From Candidatus Woesebacteria bacterium (GTDB lineage Bacteria; Patescibacteriota; Microgenomatia; UBA1400; PJMF01), in NCBI GenBank assembly GCA_050123235.1, contig JASFHL010000005.1, positions 30,695-94,694 of the forward strand: a stretch of 64,000 bases of DNA, read 5' to 3'. Position 1 is the first letter of the stretch; each line of letters begins with the position of its first letter. Below the pieces are notes generated by a model. It was not told the origin of the DNA, searched no databases, and saw only the letters and a list, made by a program, of their open reading frames with translations. The translations under genes were made by a program, and so were the position numbers. Below are positions 11,717 to 21,106 of the stretch, in pieces.

Positions 11717-12123
11717 TGTTACAGCCTAGAAAACGAAAATACCGTAAGGAATTTAGAGGTAAGAATAGAGGAAAATCTTTGAAGGCTAATACTGTTGCTT
11801 TTGGAGAATATGGCCTTAAAGCTACTACTGGTGGCTGGATTACAGCCAGACAGATTGAAGCAGCTAGAAAGAAAATTACTTTTGCTACCAAAAGGTTAGG
11901 TAAATATTGGATTAGAGTTTTCCCTCATAAGCCAATCACTAGAAAACCTGTAGGAGTAAAAATGGGTTCTGGTAAAGGAGCAATTGAAGCCTATGTGGCA
12001 GTGGTTAAACCAGGAACAATTTTATTTGAGCTAGGTGGTGTCACAGAAGAAATTGCCAGATCAGCCTTTAACAAGGCAGCACACAAGCTTTCTGTGAGAA
12101 CCACTTTTATTGCCAAAGCTTAA
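11716..12123 (+). CDS. rplP: 50S ribosomal protein L16
   Basis: [24 protein letters not shown]. Confidence 0.98.
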   Translation: MLQPRKRKYRKEFRGKNRGKSLKANTVAFGEYGLKATTGGWITARQIEAARKKITFATKRLGKYWIRVFPHKPITRKPVGVKMGSGKGAIEAYVAVVKPGTILFELGGVTEEIARSAFNKAAHKLSVRTTFIAKA

Positions 12124-12134
12124 GATAAAGAGTT

Positions 12135-12449
12135 ATGAAAAGAAATGATATTAAAAAACTAGCTGAAAATAATTTGCCAGAATTAGCTAAATTGCTGGAA
12201 GAATTGCAAATGAATTTAGCCAAGACTAGACTTGAAAAAAAAGCTGGCAAGCTGGAAAATACAGCTCTGCTGAGAATTTATGCTGATGATATTGCTAGGA
12301 TCAAGACTGTGATGACTGAGAAAAAGTTATCAATTAAGGTAGATCCCAAAACAGAAATCAAAAAAAAACCTGTTGCTAGTCAAAGCAAAAGCAAGAAAAA
12401 ACTAACAAGCAAGATGAAAGTTAAAAAAGAATCTAAATCTAAAAATTAG
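12135..12449 (+). CDS. rpmC: 50S ribosomal protein L29 with Lys-rich tail
   Basis: DIARIKTV motif; position between rplP and rpsQ. Confidence 0.92.
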   Translation: MKRNDIKKLAENNLPELAKLLEELQMNLAKTRLEKKAGKLENTALLRIYADDIARIKTVMTEKKLSIKVDPKTEIKKKPVASQSKSKKKLTSKMKVKKESKSKN

Positions 12450-12461
12450 TTAGAGTTAATT

Positions 12462-12773
12462 ATGAAAACTATTAAAGGTATAGTTACTTCTGTCAAAAGG
12501 AATAAAACAGTTACAGTCTTAGTAACTAGAAAATGGCAGCATCCTTTATATAAGAAATATATTAAAAGGACTAAAAGATATGCTTGTCATGTTGACGGTT
12601 TAGACTTGAAAGAAGGCGAGCGAGTGATTATCAAGGAAGTAAAACCAGTGAGTAAAACTAAACGCTTTCAGGTAATGACTAAGTTGCAAGCAGCAAAAAA
12701 ATTATCGGTTAAGAAAGCTGGAATTGAAAAGGCTGAAAAGCCAAAGCAGAAAAAAGTAAAAGAAAAAAAATAA
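12462..12773 (+). CDS. rpsQ: 30S ribosomal protein S17
   Basis: HPLYKKYIKRTK, KPVSKTKRF. Confidence 0.96.
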   Translation: MKTIKGIVTSVKRNKTVTVLVTRKWQHPLYKKYIKRTKRYACHVDGLDLKEGERVIIKEVKPVSKTKRFQVMTKLQAAKKLSVKKAGIEKAEKPKQKKVKEKK

Positions 12774-12776
12774 TTT

Positions 12777-13151
12777 ATGATTCAACTTAGATCAGTCCTA
12801 CAAGTCGCAGATAATAGTGGAGCCAAACGTCTAAGGGTGATTCAAGTTTATGGAGGTTCAAAAAGACGTTTTGCTTATGTTGGTGATTTGGTTTCTGCAT
12901 CAGTGATTGTGGCTAACCCTCAATCAGCTGTTAAAAAAGGTTCAATTGTCAGGGCTGTGATAGTGAGAACCAAAAAAGAAAAAAGAAGACAGAGCGGTGA
13001 ATATGTTCGTTTCGATGACAATGCGGCAGTGATAGTTGAATCAAGAAAAAATCCGAATCCAGTTGGAACCAGAGTTTTTGGACCAATAGCTAGAGAAGTA
13101 AAGGATAAAGGTTTTTCCAAAATAGCAGCTTTAGCTCCGGAGGTATTATGA
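12777..13151 (+). CDS. rplN: 50S ribosomal protein L14
   Basis: [23 protein letters not shown]. Confidence 0.98.
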   Translation: MIQLRSVLQVADNSGAKRLRVIQVYGGSKRRFAYVGDLVSASVIVANPQSAVKKGSIVRAVIVRTKKEKRRQSGEYVRFDDNAAVIVESRKNPNPVGTRVFGPIAREVKDKGFSKIAALAPEVL

Positions 13152-13480
13152 AATTCAAAGTTGGCGATAAAGTACTAGTCACTGGTGGTAAAGATAAAGG
13201 CAAAAAAAGTGTGATTACTAAAGTATTGCCTAAAAAAGATAAAATACTGGTCAAAGATGTCAATGTTTATGTTAAACATGTGAGAGCTTATGCCGATAAG
13301 CCTGGAGAAAGAGTTAGATTAGAAAAACCTTTGTCAACAGCTAAAATTGCTATTTTAAATGATAAAGGTGAAGCAGATCGTATTGCTATTAGAGTAAGAA
13401 AAGATGGTAGAAAAGAACGTATTTTTAAAAAGACATCTAAGCCAATTAAAACTGAGGAAAAAGATCAGAAGAAAAAATAA
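13148..13480 (+). CDS. rplX: 50S ribosomal protein L24
   Basis: KOW motif [14 protein letters not shown]. Confidence 0.96.
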   Translation: MKFKVGDKVLVTGGKDKGKKSVITKVLPKKDKILVKDVNVYVKHVRAYADKPGERVRLEKPLSTAKIAILNDKGEADRIAIRVRKDGRKERIFKKTSKPIKTEEKDQKKK

Positions 13481-13493
13481 GAGAATTTAAATC

Positions 13494-14057
13494 ATGTCAA
13501 AGTTAAATTTGAAAGCAAAATACCAGAAAGAAATTACAGAAGCTTTAAAAAAGGAATTCAAGTATAATAACAGTTTTGCTGTACCTAAGATTGAAAAAAT
13601 AGTTTTAAACATGGGTGTATCTGATCCTCAAGATCCTAGAGCAAGGAAAAAGGTGATGGAAAATATTGTAGAACAGTTTAGGATTATTGCTGGTCAGCAG
13701 CCACAAATTAGCAAGGCCAAGAAAGCTATTGCTGGTTTCAAACTGAGAGCTGGTGATCCTTTGGGTGTGATGGTGACTTTAAGAGGAAAAAAAATGTGGC
13801 AATTTTTAGATAAATTGATCGCAATTGCTCTGCCCAGAGTAAAAGATTTTCGTGGTGTTTCAAGGACAGCTTTTGATGGTCAAGGTAATTATAGTTTGGG
13901 TTTGGAAGAACAGATTGTTTTTCCAGAGATAAATTATGACAAAATAGAACGGATCAGAAGTTTACAGGTCAATATTGTAAGCAGCACTAAGAAGGATAAA
14001 GAAGCACTTAGATTACTAGAATTATTGGGAATGCCTTTTGAAAAAGAAAAAAAATAG
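13494..14057 (+). CDS. rplE: 50S ribosomal protein L5
   Basis: PKIEKIVLNMG, ALPRVKDFRG, FDGQGNYSLG. Confidence 0.98.
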   Translation: MSKLNLKAKYQKEITEALKKEFKYNNSFAVPKIEKIVLNMGVSDPQDPRARKKVMENIVEQFRIIAGQQPQISKAKKAIAGFKLRAGDPLGVMVTLRGKKMWQFLDKLIAIALPRVKDFRGVSRTAFDGQGNYSLGLEEQIVFPEINYDKIERIRSLQVNIVSSTKKDKEALRLLELLGMPFEKEKK

Positions 14058-14063
14058 TAATAT

Positions 14064-14294
14064 ATGGCAAAAACATCAAAGACTATCAAGTCTCAAAAAC
14101 TACAAGCCAAAAGAAAAAAATATTTAATGTCTGGCAAGAAAAAACAGAACAGATTTTCTACCAGAGGGGTGAATCGTTGTAAAATCACAGGTCGCCCTAA
14201 AGGTTTTATGAGATATTTTGGTCTAAGTAGAATCACTTTTAGAGAATTGGCAGTTAAAGGTGAGTTGCCAGGTGTAGTTAAAGCCAGTAAATAA
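14064..14294 (+). CDS. rpsN: 30S ribosomal protein S14, zinc-free type
   Basis: NRCKITGRP...[18 protein letters not shown]; only one Cys. Confidence 0.96.
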   Translation: MAKTSKTIKSQKLQAKRKKYLMSGKKKQNRFSTRGVNRCKITGRPKGFMRYFGLSRITFRELAVKGELPGVVKASK

Positions 14295-14339
14295 TTTTTG
14301 AGTAAGTTATAAATAGTTATAAAACAAAAATAAAAAATT

Positions 14340-14735
14340 ATGTTAATTACAGATCCAATAGCTGACATGATAATCAGGATCAAGAATGCGCTTTTAGCAA
14401 AAAAATCTGAAGTGACAATGCCTCATTCTAAGATCAAAGCTAAAATAGCTGAAATTTTGCTTGAACACAAATATATTGAAGATTATCAAGTGCTTGAAAA
14501 AAAACCACAACCCGAAATTGTGATTAAGTTGAGATATCTAGGTAAGCGAGCAGCTATTACTAATGTTAAAAGACTGTCTAAGCCAGGAGTAAGACTTTAT
14601 TCTCCTGCCAAACAAATCCCTCAGTCTTTGGGTGGTTATGGGATCACGATAGTCTCAACCAATAAAGGAGTGATGACAGACGCTGAAGCCAAGAAGCTTA
14701 ATGCAGGAGGAGAATTACTTTGTCAAATTTGGTAA
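14340..14735 (+). CDS. rpsH: 30S ribosomal protein S8
   Basis: TDPIADMIIRIKN, SKPGVRLY, GGELLC. Confidence 0.98.
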   Translation: MLITDPIADMIIRIKNALLAKKSEVTMPHSKIKAKIAEILLEHKYIEDYQVLEKKPQPEIVIKLRYLGKRAAITNVKRLSKPGVRLYSPAKQIPQSLGGYGITIVSTNKGVMTDAEAKKLNAGGELLCQIW

Positions 14736-14754
14736 TTTTTTAAAATAAAAATAT

Positions 14755-15294
14755 ATGTCAAGAATCGGAAAAACACCAGTCGATATACCAGCCGGAGTGA
14801 CAGTTTCAGTCACAGATCGCGTAGTAGATGTTAAAGGCCCAAAAGGAAACTTGACAGTTGATTTGCCTAAACAAATTGAAGTTGAAGTTAAGGATAATCA
14901 ACTATTTATTAATAGAAAAGATGATGAGAAAGAATCTAAGGCTCTCCATGGTCTGATCAGAAGTTTGATTAATAATAATGTGCTGGGTGTTACAGAAGGC
15001 TATAAAAAGACCTTAAAATTAGTGGGCACAGGCTACAGAGTAGCAGCTAAAGGGGAAGCTTTATCGATTACGGTTGGTTATTCTCACCCGGTGGAGGTTG
15101 TTCCTCAAGAGGGAGTTAAACTTTCAATTGAAGGAAATAATATTATTCATGTGGAAGGGATTGATAAACAATTAGTAGGACAAGTGGCAGCTAATATCAG
15201 AAGTATCAGAAAACCAGAGCCATATAAAGGTAAAGGAATTCGTTATCACGATGAAGTAGTAAGACGCAAGGCAGGTAAAGCTGCAGTCACATAA
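14755..15294 (+). CDS. rplF: 50S ribosomal protein L6
   Basis: MSRIGK, RKPEPYKGKGIRY. Confidence 0.98.
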   Translation: MSRIGKTPVDIPAGVTVSVTDRVVDVKGPKGNLTVDLPKQIEVEVKDNQLFINRKDDEKESKALHGLIRSLINNNVLGVTEGYKKTLKLVGTGYRVAAKGEALSITVGYSHPVEVVPQEGVKLSIEGNNIIHVEGIDKQLVGQVAANIRSIRKPEPYKGKGIRYHDEVVRRKAGKAAVT

Positions 15295-15302
15295 AAGTCA
15301 AA

Positions 15303-15656
15303 ATGGTAAAAGTTAGACACAATAGAACCAGCAGAGAGAAAAAACAGCTTAGAGTAAGAGCTAAAATCAGTCGTTCAGCTAAGCATCCTAAGTTGGTGGT
15401 TTTTCGTTCAAATAAGCATATTTATCTACAAGTGGTAGATAAGACAGGCAAAATACTTTTAGCTAGCTCTGATTTAGCTAAGAAAAAGTTGGCGGGCACT
15501 AAAACTGAAAAAGCCCAAAAAATAGCTAGTGATTTACTAGCAGCTTTGAAAAAAAAGAAAATTAGATCTTTAGTTTTTGATCGATCGTATTACAAATATC
15601 ATGGGCGAATCAAAATGGTAGCAGATACATTGAGAGAAGGAGGAATTAAGATTTAA
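15303..15656 (+). CDS. rplR: 50S ribosomal protein L18
   Basis: VFRSNKHIYLQ, FDRSYYKYHGR. Confidence 0.97.
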   Translation: MVKVRHNRTSREKKQLRVRAKISRSAKHPKLVVFRSNKHIYLQVVDKTGKILLASSDLAKKKLAGTKTEKAQKIASDLLAALKKKKIRSLVFDRSYYKYHGRIKMVADTLREGGIKI

Positions 15657-15693
15657 TTTGAAAAAAGATAAAAATTAGGAATTGAAAAAAAAT

Positions 15694-16404
15694 ATGAAAC
15701 AACAACGCATGCGTGAAGCAAAAGAATTCGAAGAAAAAGTGATTCAGATAAACCGAGTTTCAAAGAAAACTAAGGGTGGAAATAGTATTGGTTTTTCTGT
15801 TTTGATGGTGGTAGGTGATAAAAAAGGCAGAGTTGGTGTCGGATTAGGAAAGGCAACAGATGTAGTTTCTTCAATGAAAAAGGGCATTAAAAAGGCTAAG
15901 AAAAAAATGATTACTGTTCCTTTACAAGGTGCTACTATTCCTTTTGCTATTACTGTAAAAAAAGGAGCTGGTAAGGTGATGTTAAAGCCGTCCCCTATTG
16001 GTTCTGGAGTAATTGCAGGTGGTCCAGTAAGAGCAGTGGTTGAGGCTGCAGGTATCAAGGATATTTCAGCTAAAATTTTAGGAAGCGAGAATCAAGCTTC
16101 TAGTGTTTATGCCACTTTTGAAGCCTTGAAACAAATTAGAAATATTGTTGAAGTCCGGGGTATTAAGTTGAAATCTATAGATGAAGTTAAGCAAGAAGAA
16201 AAAGATAAAGTAGAAAAAATTGAGAAAAGAGCTAAACAAGTTGCTGATAAACAAAAGCCAAAGGCTGCAGCAAAAAAGCCAGTTAGCAAAAAGAGTATTG
16301 TAAAAAAAGCTTCAGCCAAGAAAACCGTGGCAAAAAAAACAGTCAAAGCATCAAAGAAAGTAGCTAGCAAATCCAAGACTGCCAAACAAAGTAAGAAAAA
16401 ATAA
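15694..16404 (+). CDS. rpsE: 30S ribosomal protein S5 with histone-H1-like tail
   Basis: INRVSKKTKGG, GSGVIAGGPVRAV; K/A-rich C-terminus; ATG 15694 preferred over TTG 15682. Confidence 0.97.
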   Translation: MKQQRMREAKEFEEKVIQINRVSKKTKGGNSIGFSVLMVVGDKKGRVGVGLGKATDVVSSMKKGIKKAKKKMITVPLQGATIPFAITVKKGAGKVMLKPSPIGSGVIAGGPVRAVVEAAGIKDISAKILGSENQASSVYATFEALKQIRNIVEVRGIKLKSIDEVKQEEKDKVEKIEKRAKQVADKQKPKAAAKKPVSKKSIVKKASAKKTVAKKTVKASKKVASKSKTAKQSKKK

Positions 16405-16407
16405 TTT

Positions 16408-16848
16408 ATGTCATTATTAAATAAGCTTGTAAAAACTACCAACAGAAAAAAGAAACGACTTGGCCGTGGTTATGGTTCTGGTAAAGGTGGCCACACAGCC
16501 AGTAAAGGTGTTAAAGGGCAGAAGTCAAGAGTTGGTGCTAAAGTACCACTGTGGTTTGAAGGTGGGCAATTGCCTTTAGTTAAAAGAGTGCCAATGATGA
16601 GAGGTAAAGCTAGGTTTAAGGTAGTCAGACCTAATGCGGAAATAAGTTTAGACTTATTAGATAACTTAGACATTGATGTAATAACTTTAGAGGCTTTGAA
16701 GTTGAAAAAAGTAATTAGTAAAAGATTTAAAAAAGCAAAAATTATTAATACAGGCAAACTTAATAGGAAACTAACAATCAAAGGCATTAAAGTTAGTAAA
16801 GGAGCCAGAGTAGTTATTGAAAAATTAGGAGGGAAAATAGAAGCTTAA
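16408..16848 (+). CDS. rplO: 50S ribosomal protein L15
   Basis: RLGRGYGSGKG, FEGGQLPL. Confidence 0.97.
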   Translation: MSLLNKLVKTTNRKKKRLGRGYGSGKGGHTASKGVKGQKSRVGAKVPLWFEGGQLPLVKRVPMMRGKARFKVVRPNAEISLDLLDNLDIDVITLEALKLKKVISKRFKKAKIINTGKLNRKLTIKGIKVSKGARVVIEKLGGKIEA

Positions 16849-16880
16849 TATTTTGAGTCCAAGATTGATAGGCAAAATCA

Positions 16881-18167
16881 GTGTTAAAAAAAATAACAAA
16901 TAAAGTCCGCGAGATTTTTTCCAACAAAAAGCTAAAAAATAAGCTGATCTTCACTGCAAGCATTTTTTTTATTTTTAGATTATTGGCTCACATTCCTCTT
17001 CCAGCAGTCGATATAGAAAGACTTTCTTTAATGTTTGCCCAGAGTCAATTTTTAAGTTTACTCAATATTTTTTCTGGTGGCACACTTGCTCGTTTTTCAG
17101 TGGTTGCAGTTGGAATTAGCCCTTATATTAGTGCTTCTATTATTATGCAATTGGCTGCCATGGTTTTTCCTAAACTAAAAGAAATGCAAAAAGAAGGTGA
17201 GGCTGGTCGAGAAAAAGTTAATCAATACACTAGGTTTTTAACTGTCCCTCTAGCTGTTTTTCAAAGTATTTCAGTGATTGCCCTCTTGAATTCCCAATCT
17301 TTATTACAAACCAGAGACTTATTTGCTTTGAGTACCATGATTGTAACTTTGGTAGCCGGAGCAATGATCTTGATGTGGTTGGGAGAATTGATTTCTATTC
17401 ATGGTATAGGCAATGGCATTTCTATGGTTATTTTCGCTGGTATAGCTAGCCAATTACCAACTATGTTTGGTCAAACATTGGCCCTAGCCAATAGTGAGCA
17501 AATAGTTGAAATGCTTACCTTTGTAATTTTATTTGCGCTGGTAATAGCTTTGGTTGTTTTCATGAATGAAGCTGTGCGCAAGGTAGTAATTCAATATTCC
17601 AAAAGAAGCCGAGGTAGCCGAGTTTTTGCTGGCCATACTACTCACTTACCAATCAGAGTCAATGTAGCAGGTGTGATGCCTATCATCTTTGCTTTATCCA
17701 TTATGATGGTGCCGTCATTCTTGGCAAGAATGTTTATTGCTTCTGGTAAAGAGTCTCTTGTTTATTGGGGTCAAAAGCTTTCTGTCTGGTTTAGTCAAAC
17801 TTCTTTTGTTTATATGTTAATTTACTTTTTGGTTGTTTTCTCTTTCACTTTTTTTTCAGCTTTGATATTTTTTAATGCCAAGGATTTAAGTGAAGAGTTA
17901 AAAAAGGGCGGTGCTTTTATTCCTGGTATTAGACCAGGAGGTCCAACTAAAAAATTTCTAGAGTATGTGGTGGTGAGGATTACTTTATTGGGTGCTATGT
18001 TTTTGGGTTTCATTGCTTTGTTGCCTTCTTTAGCCCAGAATTTTACAGGTGTTCAATCTTTAGCCATTGGTGGAACCAGTGTTTTGATTGTTGTTTCAGT
18101 AATTCTAGAAACAGCTAAACAAGTAGAAAGTATGTTAGTAGGACAGAATTATGAAAAATATAGTTAA
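16881..18167 (+). CDS. secY: Preprotein translocase subunit SecY
   Basis: GISPYISASIIMQL, GIGNGIS, FIPGIRPG, GGTSVLIVV; multiple TM segments. Confidence 0.98.
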   Translation: MLKKITNKVREIFSNKKLKNKLIFTASIFFIFRLLAHIPLPAVDIERLSLMFAQSQFLSLLNIFSGGTLARFSVVAVGISPYISASIIMQLAAMVFPKLKEMQKEGEAGREKVNQYTRFLTVPLAVFQSISVIALLNSQSLLQTRDLFALSTMIVTLVAGAMILMWLGELISIHGIGNGISMVIFAGIASQLPTMFGQTLALANSEQIVEMLTFVILFALVIALVVFMNEAVRKVVIQYSKRSRGSRVFAGHTTHLPIRVNVAGVMPIIFALSIMMVPSFLARMFIASGKESLVYWGQKLSVWFSQTSFVYMLIYFLVVFSFTFFSALIFFNAKDLSEELKKGGAFIPGIRPGGPTKKFLEYVVVRITLLGAMFLGFIALLPSLAQNFTGVQSLAIGGTSVLIVVSVILETAKQVESMLVGQNYEKYS

Positions 18168-18179
18168 AAAGGAGACGCT

Positions 18180-18761
18180 ATGAAAATAGTCTTGATTGGC
18201 ATTCAAGGAGCTGGCAAGTCTACTCAAGGTAACATGTTAGCTGAAGAATTAGGCATTCCTTATCTTTCTTCTGGTCATATTTTTAGACAGATGGCTAAGA
18301 GAAAAAGTAAATTGGGCCGTTGGCTTAAAGAAACTCTAAATGCAGGCGCTCTTGTACCTGATGATGTGACTGTTGAAGCTGTGATGAAGTATCTTCAAAA
18401 AAAAGAATATAAATATGGTTTCATCATTGACGGCTTTCCTAGAACTGTTAAGCAAGCAGAAGCCTTTTCTGATGGTGAAGAGAAAGTAATTTTCATTGAT
18501 GTATCAGATAAAGAGGCTTTGTGGCGTATTTCTGGAAGAATTAGTAACAGGGAAGATGAAACACTACAGGCTATCAGAAAAAGAATTCAGCTTTTCCATG
18601 ATCAAACCTCAGCAGTGATTGATTATTATCAAAATCGAGGAAAGTTGATCAGAGTTAATGGCGAACAAGAAGTAGAAGCTGTTTTTAAAGATATTCTTAA
18701 ACATTTAAAAAAAAGCCTAGAGTTTAAAAAATTAAGAGAAAATCAGAAGAACGGTAGTTAA
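18180..18761 (+). CDS. adk: Adenylate kinase, short (LID-less) form
   Basis: P-loop GIQGAGKST, IDGFPRT, R..D after a very short LID; follows secY. Confidence 0.93.
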   Translation: MKIVLIGIQGAGKSTQGNMLAEELGIPYLSSGHIFRQMAKRKSKLGRWLKETLNAGALVPDDVTVEAVMKYLQKKEYKYGFIIDGFPRTVKQAEAFSDGEEKVIFIDVSDKEALWRISGRISNREDETLQAIRKRIQLFHDQTSAVIDYYQNRGKLIRVNGEQEVEAVFKDILKHLKKSLEFKKLRENQKNGS

Positions 18762-18800
18762 AGTTTAAATCTATTTAAGAACCTGAATGGAGTTTTTTAA

Positions 18801-18956
18801 CATTTACTACAGATAAATTTTTGAGCGTTGAAGTGAGGTCTAGTCAGGCTTGATTTAGCAGCAGATTTGCTACCGAGCTTCACCGAGTGAGCCTTGTATC
18901 TTAAAAATAAACAAAGTGTCGCAGCGAGCGACTTAAAAATTTATCTGTAGTAAATG
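18801..18956 (+). repeat. 156-nt structured palindromic element, copy 1 (ncRNA or MITE/REP-like)
   Basis: 25-bp terminal inverted repeat; colinear homolog at 28611-28766 with compensatory changes. Confidence 0.85.
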
Positions 18957-19037
18957 TGATTAAATCTTATTCAGCGATACTTTAAAGTCATGGGTTTACC
19001 TGAGTACTTATATCTGGTATAATCTGGAAGTCATTTT

Positions 19038-19376
19038 ATGGGAAAGGTTCAGGAGCACAAACGAGCTGCAAAGGCTAAAAGACAAGTGGATACCACTCAG
19101 CAAAAGTCTAGCAGATCTGATCGTCTCGAGATAGCCGGAGTGGTTGAGGACTGCTTACCTAACACGATGTTTAAGATTAGAGTGACAGAGTCACCAGTGG
19201 AGCAACTTAAGGACAAGATTTTGTTAGCTACCTTAACTGGCAGGATGCGTCTCTATAGAATTAGAGTCCTACCAGGAGATTATGTAAAAGGTTATGTTTC
19301 TAAGTATGACTTAACAAAGTGTAAAATCACTTTTAGATCTACCAAAGAAAAGCGACCTATAAAATCAACTAGCTGA
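19038..19376 (+). CDS. infA: Translation initiation factor IF-1 with N- and C-terminal extensions
   Basis: GVVEDCLPNTMFKI, GRMRLYRIRVLPGD, YDLTKCKITFR. Confidence 0.92.
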   Translation: MGKVQEHKRAAKAKRQVDTTQQKSSRSDRLEIAGVVEDCLPNTMFKIRVTESPVEQLKDKILLATLTGRMRLYRIRVLPGDYVKGYVSKYDLTKCKITFRSTKEKRPIKSTS

Positions 19377-19480
19377 TTGATTTTTTATCCTGATAGTTAA
19401 AATTTTTATTAATAGTTTAGCTTATCGCAAGTTGGGACTTTAAATTTAGACTAATTTGCGGTATATTTTTGTTTCTTAAT

Positions 19481-19594
19481 ATGAAAGTCAAGTCGTCAGT
19501 TAAAAAAATGTGCAAGCAATGTAAAATTATTAGAAGAAAGGGCGTAGTGCGCGTGATTTGCAAAAATCCAAAGCACAAGCAACGTCAAGGTTAA
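19481..19594 (+). CDS. rpmJ: 50S ribosomal protein L36 (absent from the ORF track)
   Basis: Translates [37 protein letters not shown]. Confidence 0.98.
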   Translation: MKVKSSVKKMCKQCKIIRRKGVVRVICKNPKHKQRQG

Positions 19595-19597
19595 TTT

Positions 19598-20005
19598 ATG
19601 CCAAGAATCGCTGGTATTGACATTCCAGAACATAAAAAGATTTTATACTCACTGCGATCAATTTATGGAGTTGGTCTTAAGCTTGCTAAAGATATTTTAG
19701 AAGAAACTAAGATTGACCCAGATAAAAGAGCAAAAGATCTGACTAGAGATGAAGTTAATAAGATTCAGAAAGCTTTAGAAAAGTATTTAGTAGAAGGAGA
19801 TTTAAGAAGAATAGTCAACGATAATATCAGTCGTTTAAAAAGAACCAGAACATATCGAGGTTTAAGACATACTCAAGGGCTGCCAGTGAGGGGACAAAGA
19901 ACCCGTTCTAATGCACGTACCAAGAGAGGAAGCAAAAGAACAGTTGGTTCTATGACTAAAGAGATGGCCTCTAAGTTGGAAGCAGCCAAGAAAAAGAAAG
20001 TATAA
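19598..20005 (+). CDS. rpsM: 30S ribosomal protein S13
   Basis: MPRIAGIDIP, YRGLRH..GLPVRGQRTRSNARTKR. Confidence 0.98.
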   Translation: MPRIAGIDIPEHKKILYSLRSIYGVGLKLAKDILEETKIDPDKRAKDLTRDEVNKIQKALEKYLVEGDLRRIVNDNISRLKRTRTYRGLRHTQGLPVRGQRTRSNARTKRGSKRTVGSMTKEMASKLEAAKKKKV

Positions 20006-20006
20006 A

Positions 20007-20414
20007 ATGGCTCAAGTAAAAAAATATAGAAAAACTAGTTTTAGAAATAAAAGTAGAAGAAGAACAAAAATAGTGCCCAAAGGCAGGATTTATGTGAGTG
20101 CTACTTTTAATAATACTTTAGTAAGTATCACTGATGATAAGGGAAAGGTAATCTGTTGGACATCTACTGGTGAAGCTGGTTTTTCTGGTTCTAGAAAGTC
20201 TACTCCTTATGCAGCTACCATCACAGTAGAAAATGCAATTAATAAGGCTAAAAATTTTGGAATGCATGAAATGGATGTTTATCTCAAAGGACCTGGTTCA
20301 GGTAGGGATGTAGCTCTTAGGGTAATTAAAGCTCAAGGAATTAGAGTAGGCATGATTGTTGATTCAACACCTATTCCGCATAATGGTACTAGATCTAGAA
20401 AAGCAAGGAATTAA
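20007..20414 (+). CDS. rpsK: 30S ribosomal protein S11
   Basis: TFNNTLVSITD, RKSTPYAA, TPIPHNG. Confidence 0.98.
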   Translation: MAQVKKYRKTSFRNKSRRRTKIVPKGRIYVSATFNNTLVSITDDKGKVICWTSTGEAGFSGSRKSTPYAATITVENAINKAKNFGMHEMDVYLKGPGSGRDVALRVIKAQGIRVGMIVDSTPIPHNGTRSRKARN

Positions 20415-20419
20415 CCAAT

Positions 20420-21028
20420 ATGGCAAGACATATAGGACCAAAACAACGACTACAAAGACAAATAGGAGAAGATTTGGGGCTTAAGACTAATGCTGTGAAA
20501 ACTGCTAAGCGCTTGATGGTTAGGCCTGGCCAACATGGGCAAAAAGGGAGAAGAAAACTGTCCAACTATGCTGTTCAGTTAAAAGAAAAACAAAAGCTTA
20601 AATATATTTATGGAATTTTAGAAAAACAATTGAAAAAGATCTTTGATAATGCAAGCAAGAATCCTTTAAATACTGGATCAGTCTTGTTAACTTCTTTGGA
20701 GAGAAGACTAGACAATGTAGTCTATAGATTAGCTTGGGCTCCTACCAGAGCAGCAGCTAGGCAACTTGTTAGTCACAATCACCTCAAGGTCAATGACAAG
20801 AAAATGAATATTCCTTCTTATGAAGTTAAAGCAGGAGATGTTCTTTTGTTAAGAGACAAGTCAGCTAAAATTCCTTTTGTAGCAGAAAGACTTAAATCTA
20901 AAGACAGTAATATTCCTGCCTGGCTAGAAAGGAAAGCTACAGCAGCCAAGGTGTTGAGATTGCCTCAAAGAGAAGAGATTCAAGAAGCTATTGATGAACA
21001 GTTAATCCTTGAATTTTATAGTCGATAA
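20420..21028 (+). CDS. rpsD: 30S ribosomal protein S4
   Basis: PGQHG, LERRLDNVVYR, ARQLVSH, EFYSR. Confidence 0.98.
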   Translation: MARHIGPKQRLQRQIGEDLGLKTNAVKTAKRLMVRPGQHGQKGRRKLSNYAVQLKEKQKLKYIYGILEKQLKKIFDNASKNPLNTGSVLLTSLERRLDNVVYRLAWAPTRAAARQLVSHNHLKVNDKKMNIPSYEVKAGDVLLLRDKSAKIPFVAERLKSKDSNIPAWLERKATAAKVLRLPQREEIQEAIDEQLILEFYSR

Positions 21029-21106
21029 AAATTTATTAATTAACAGTCATCCGGGAACGGATTTCCTAAAAATTTATTTAGGAGAGGAGAAACAAGGAGA
21101 AAAACT

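Noticed and set aside
18801-18956. Integron attC site, CRISPR repeat or simple invertible promoter
   Set aside because: No RYYYAAC/GTTRRRY ends, no repeat-spacer array and no integrase or cas gene. Strand-specific G.U pairs and internal covariation point to a single-stranded fold rather than a plain DNA inversion, although inversion is not fully excluded.
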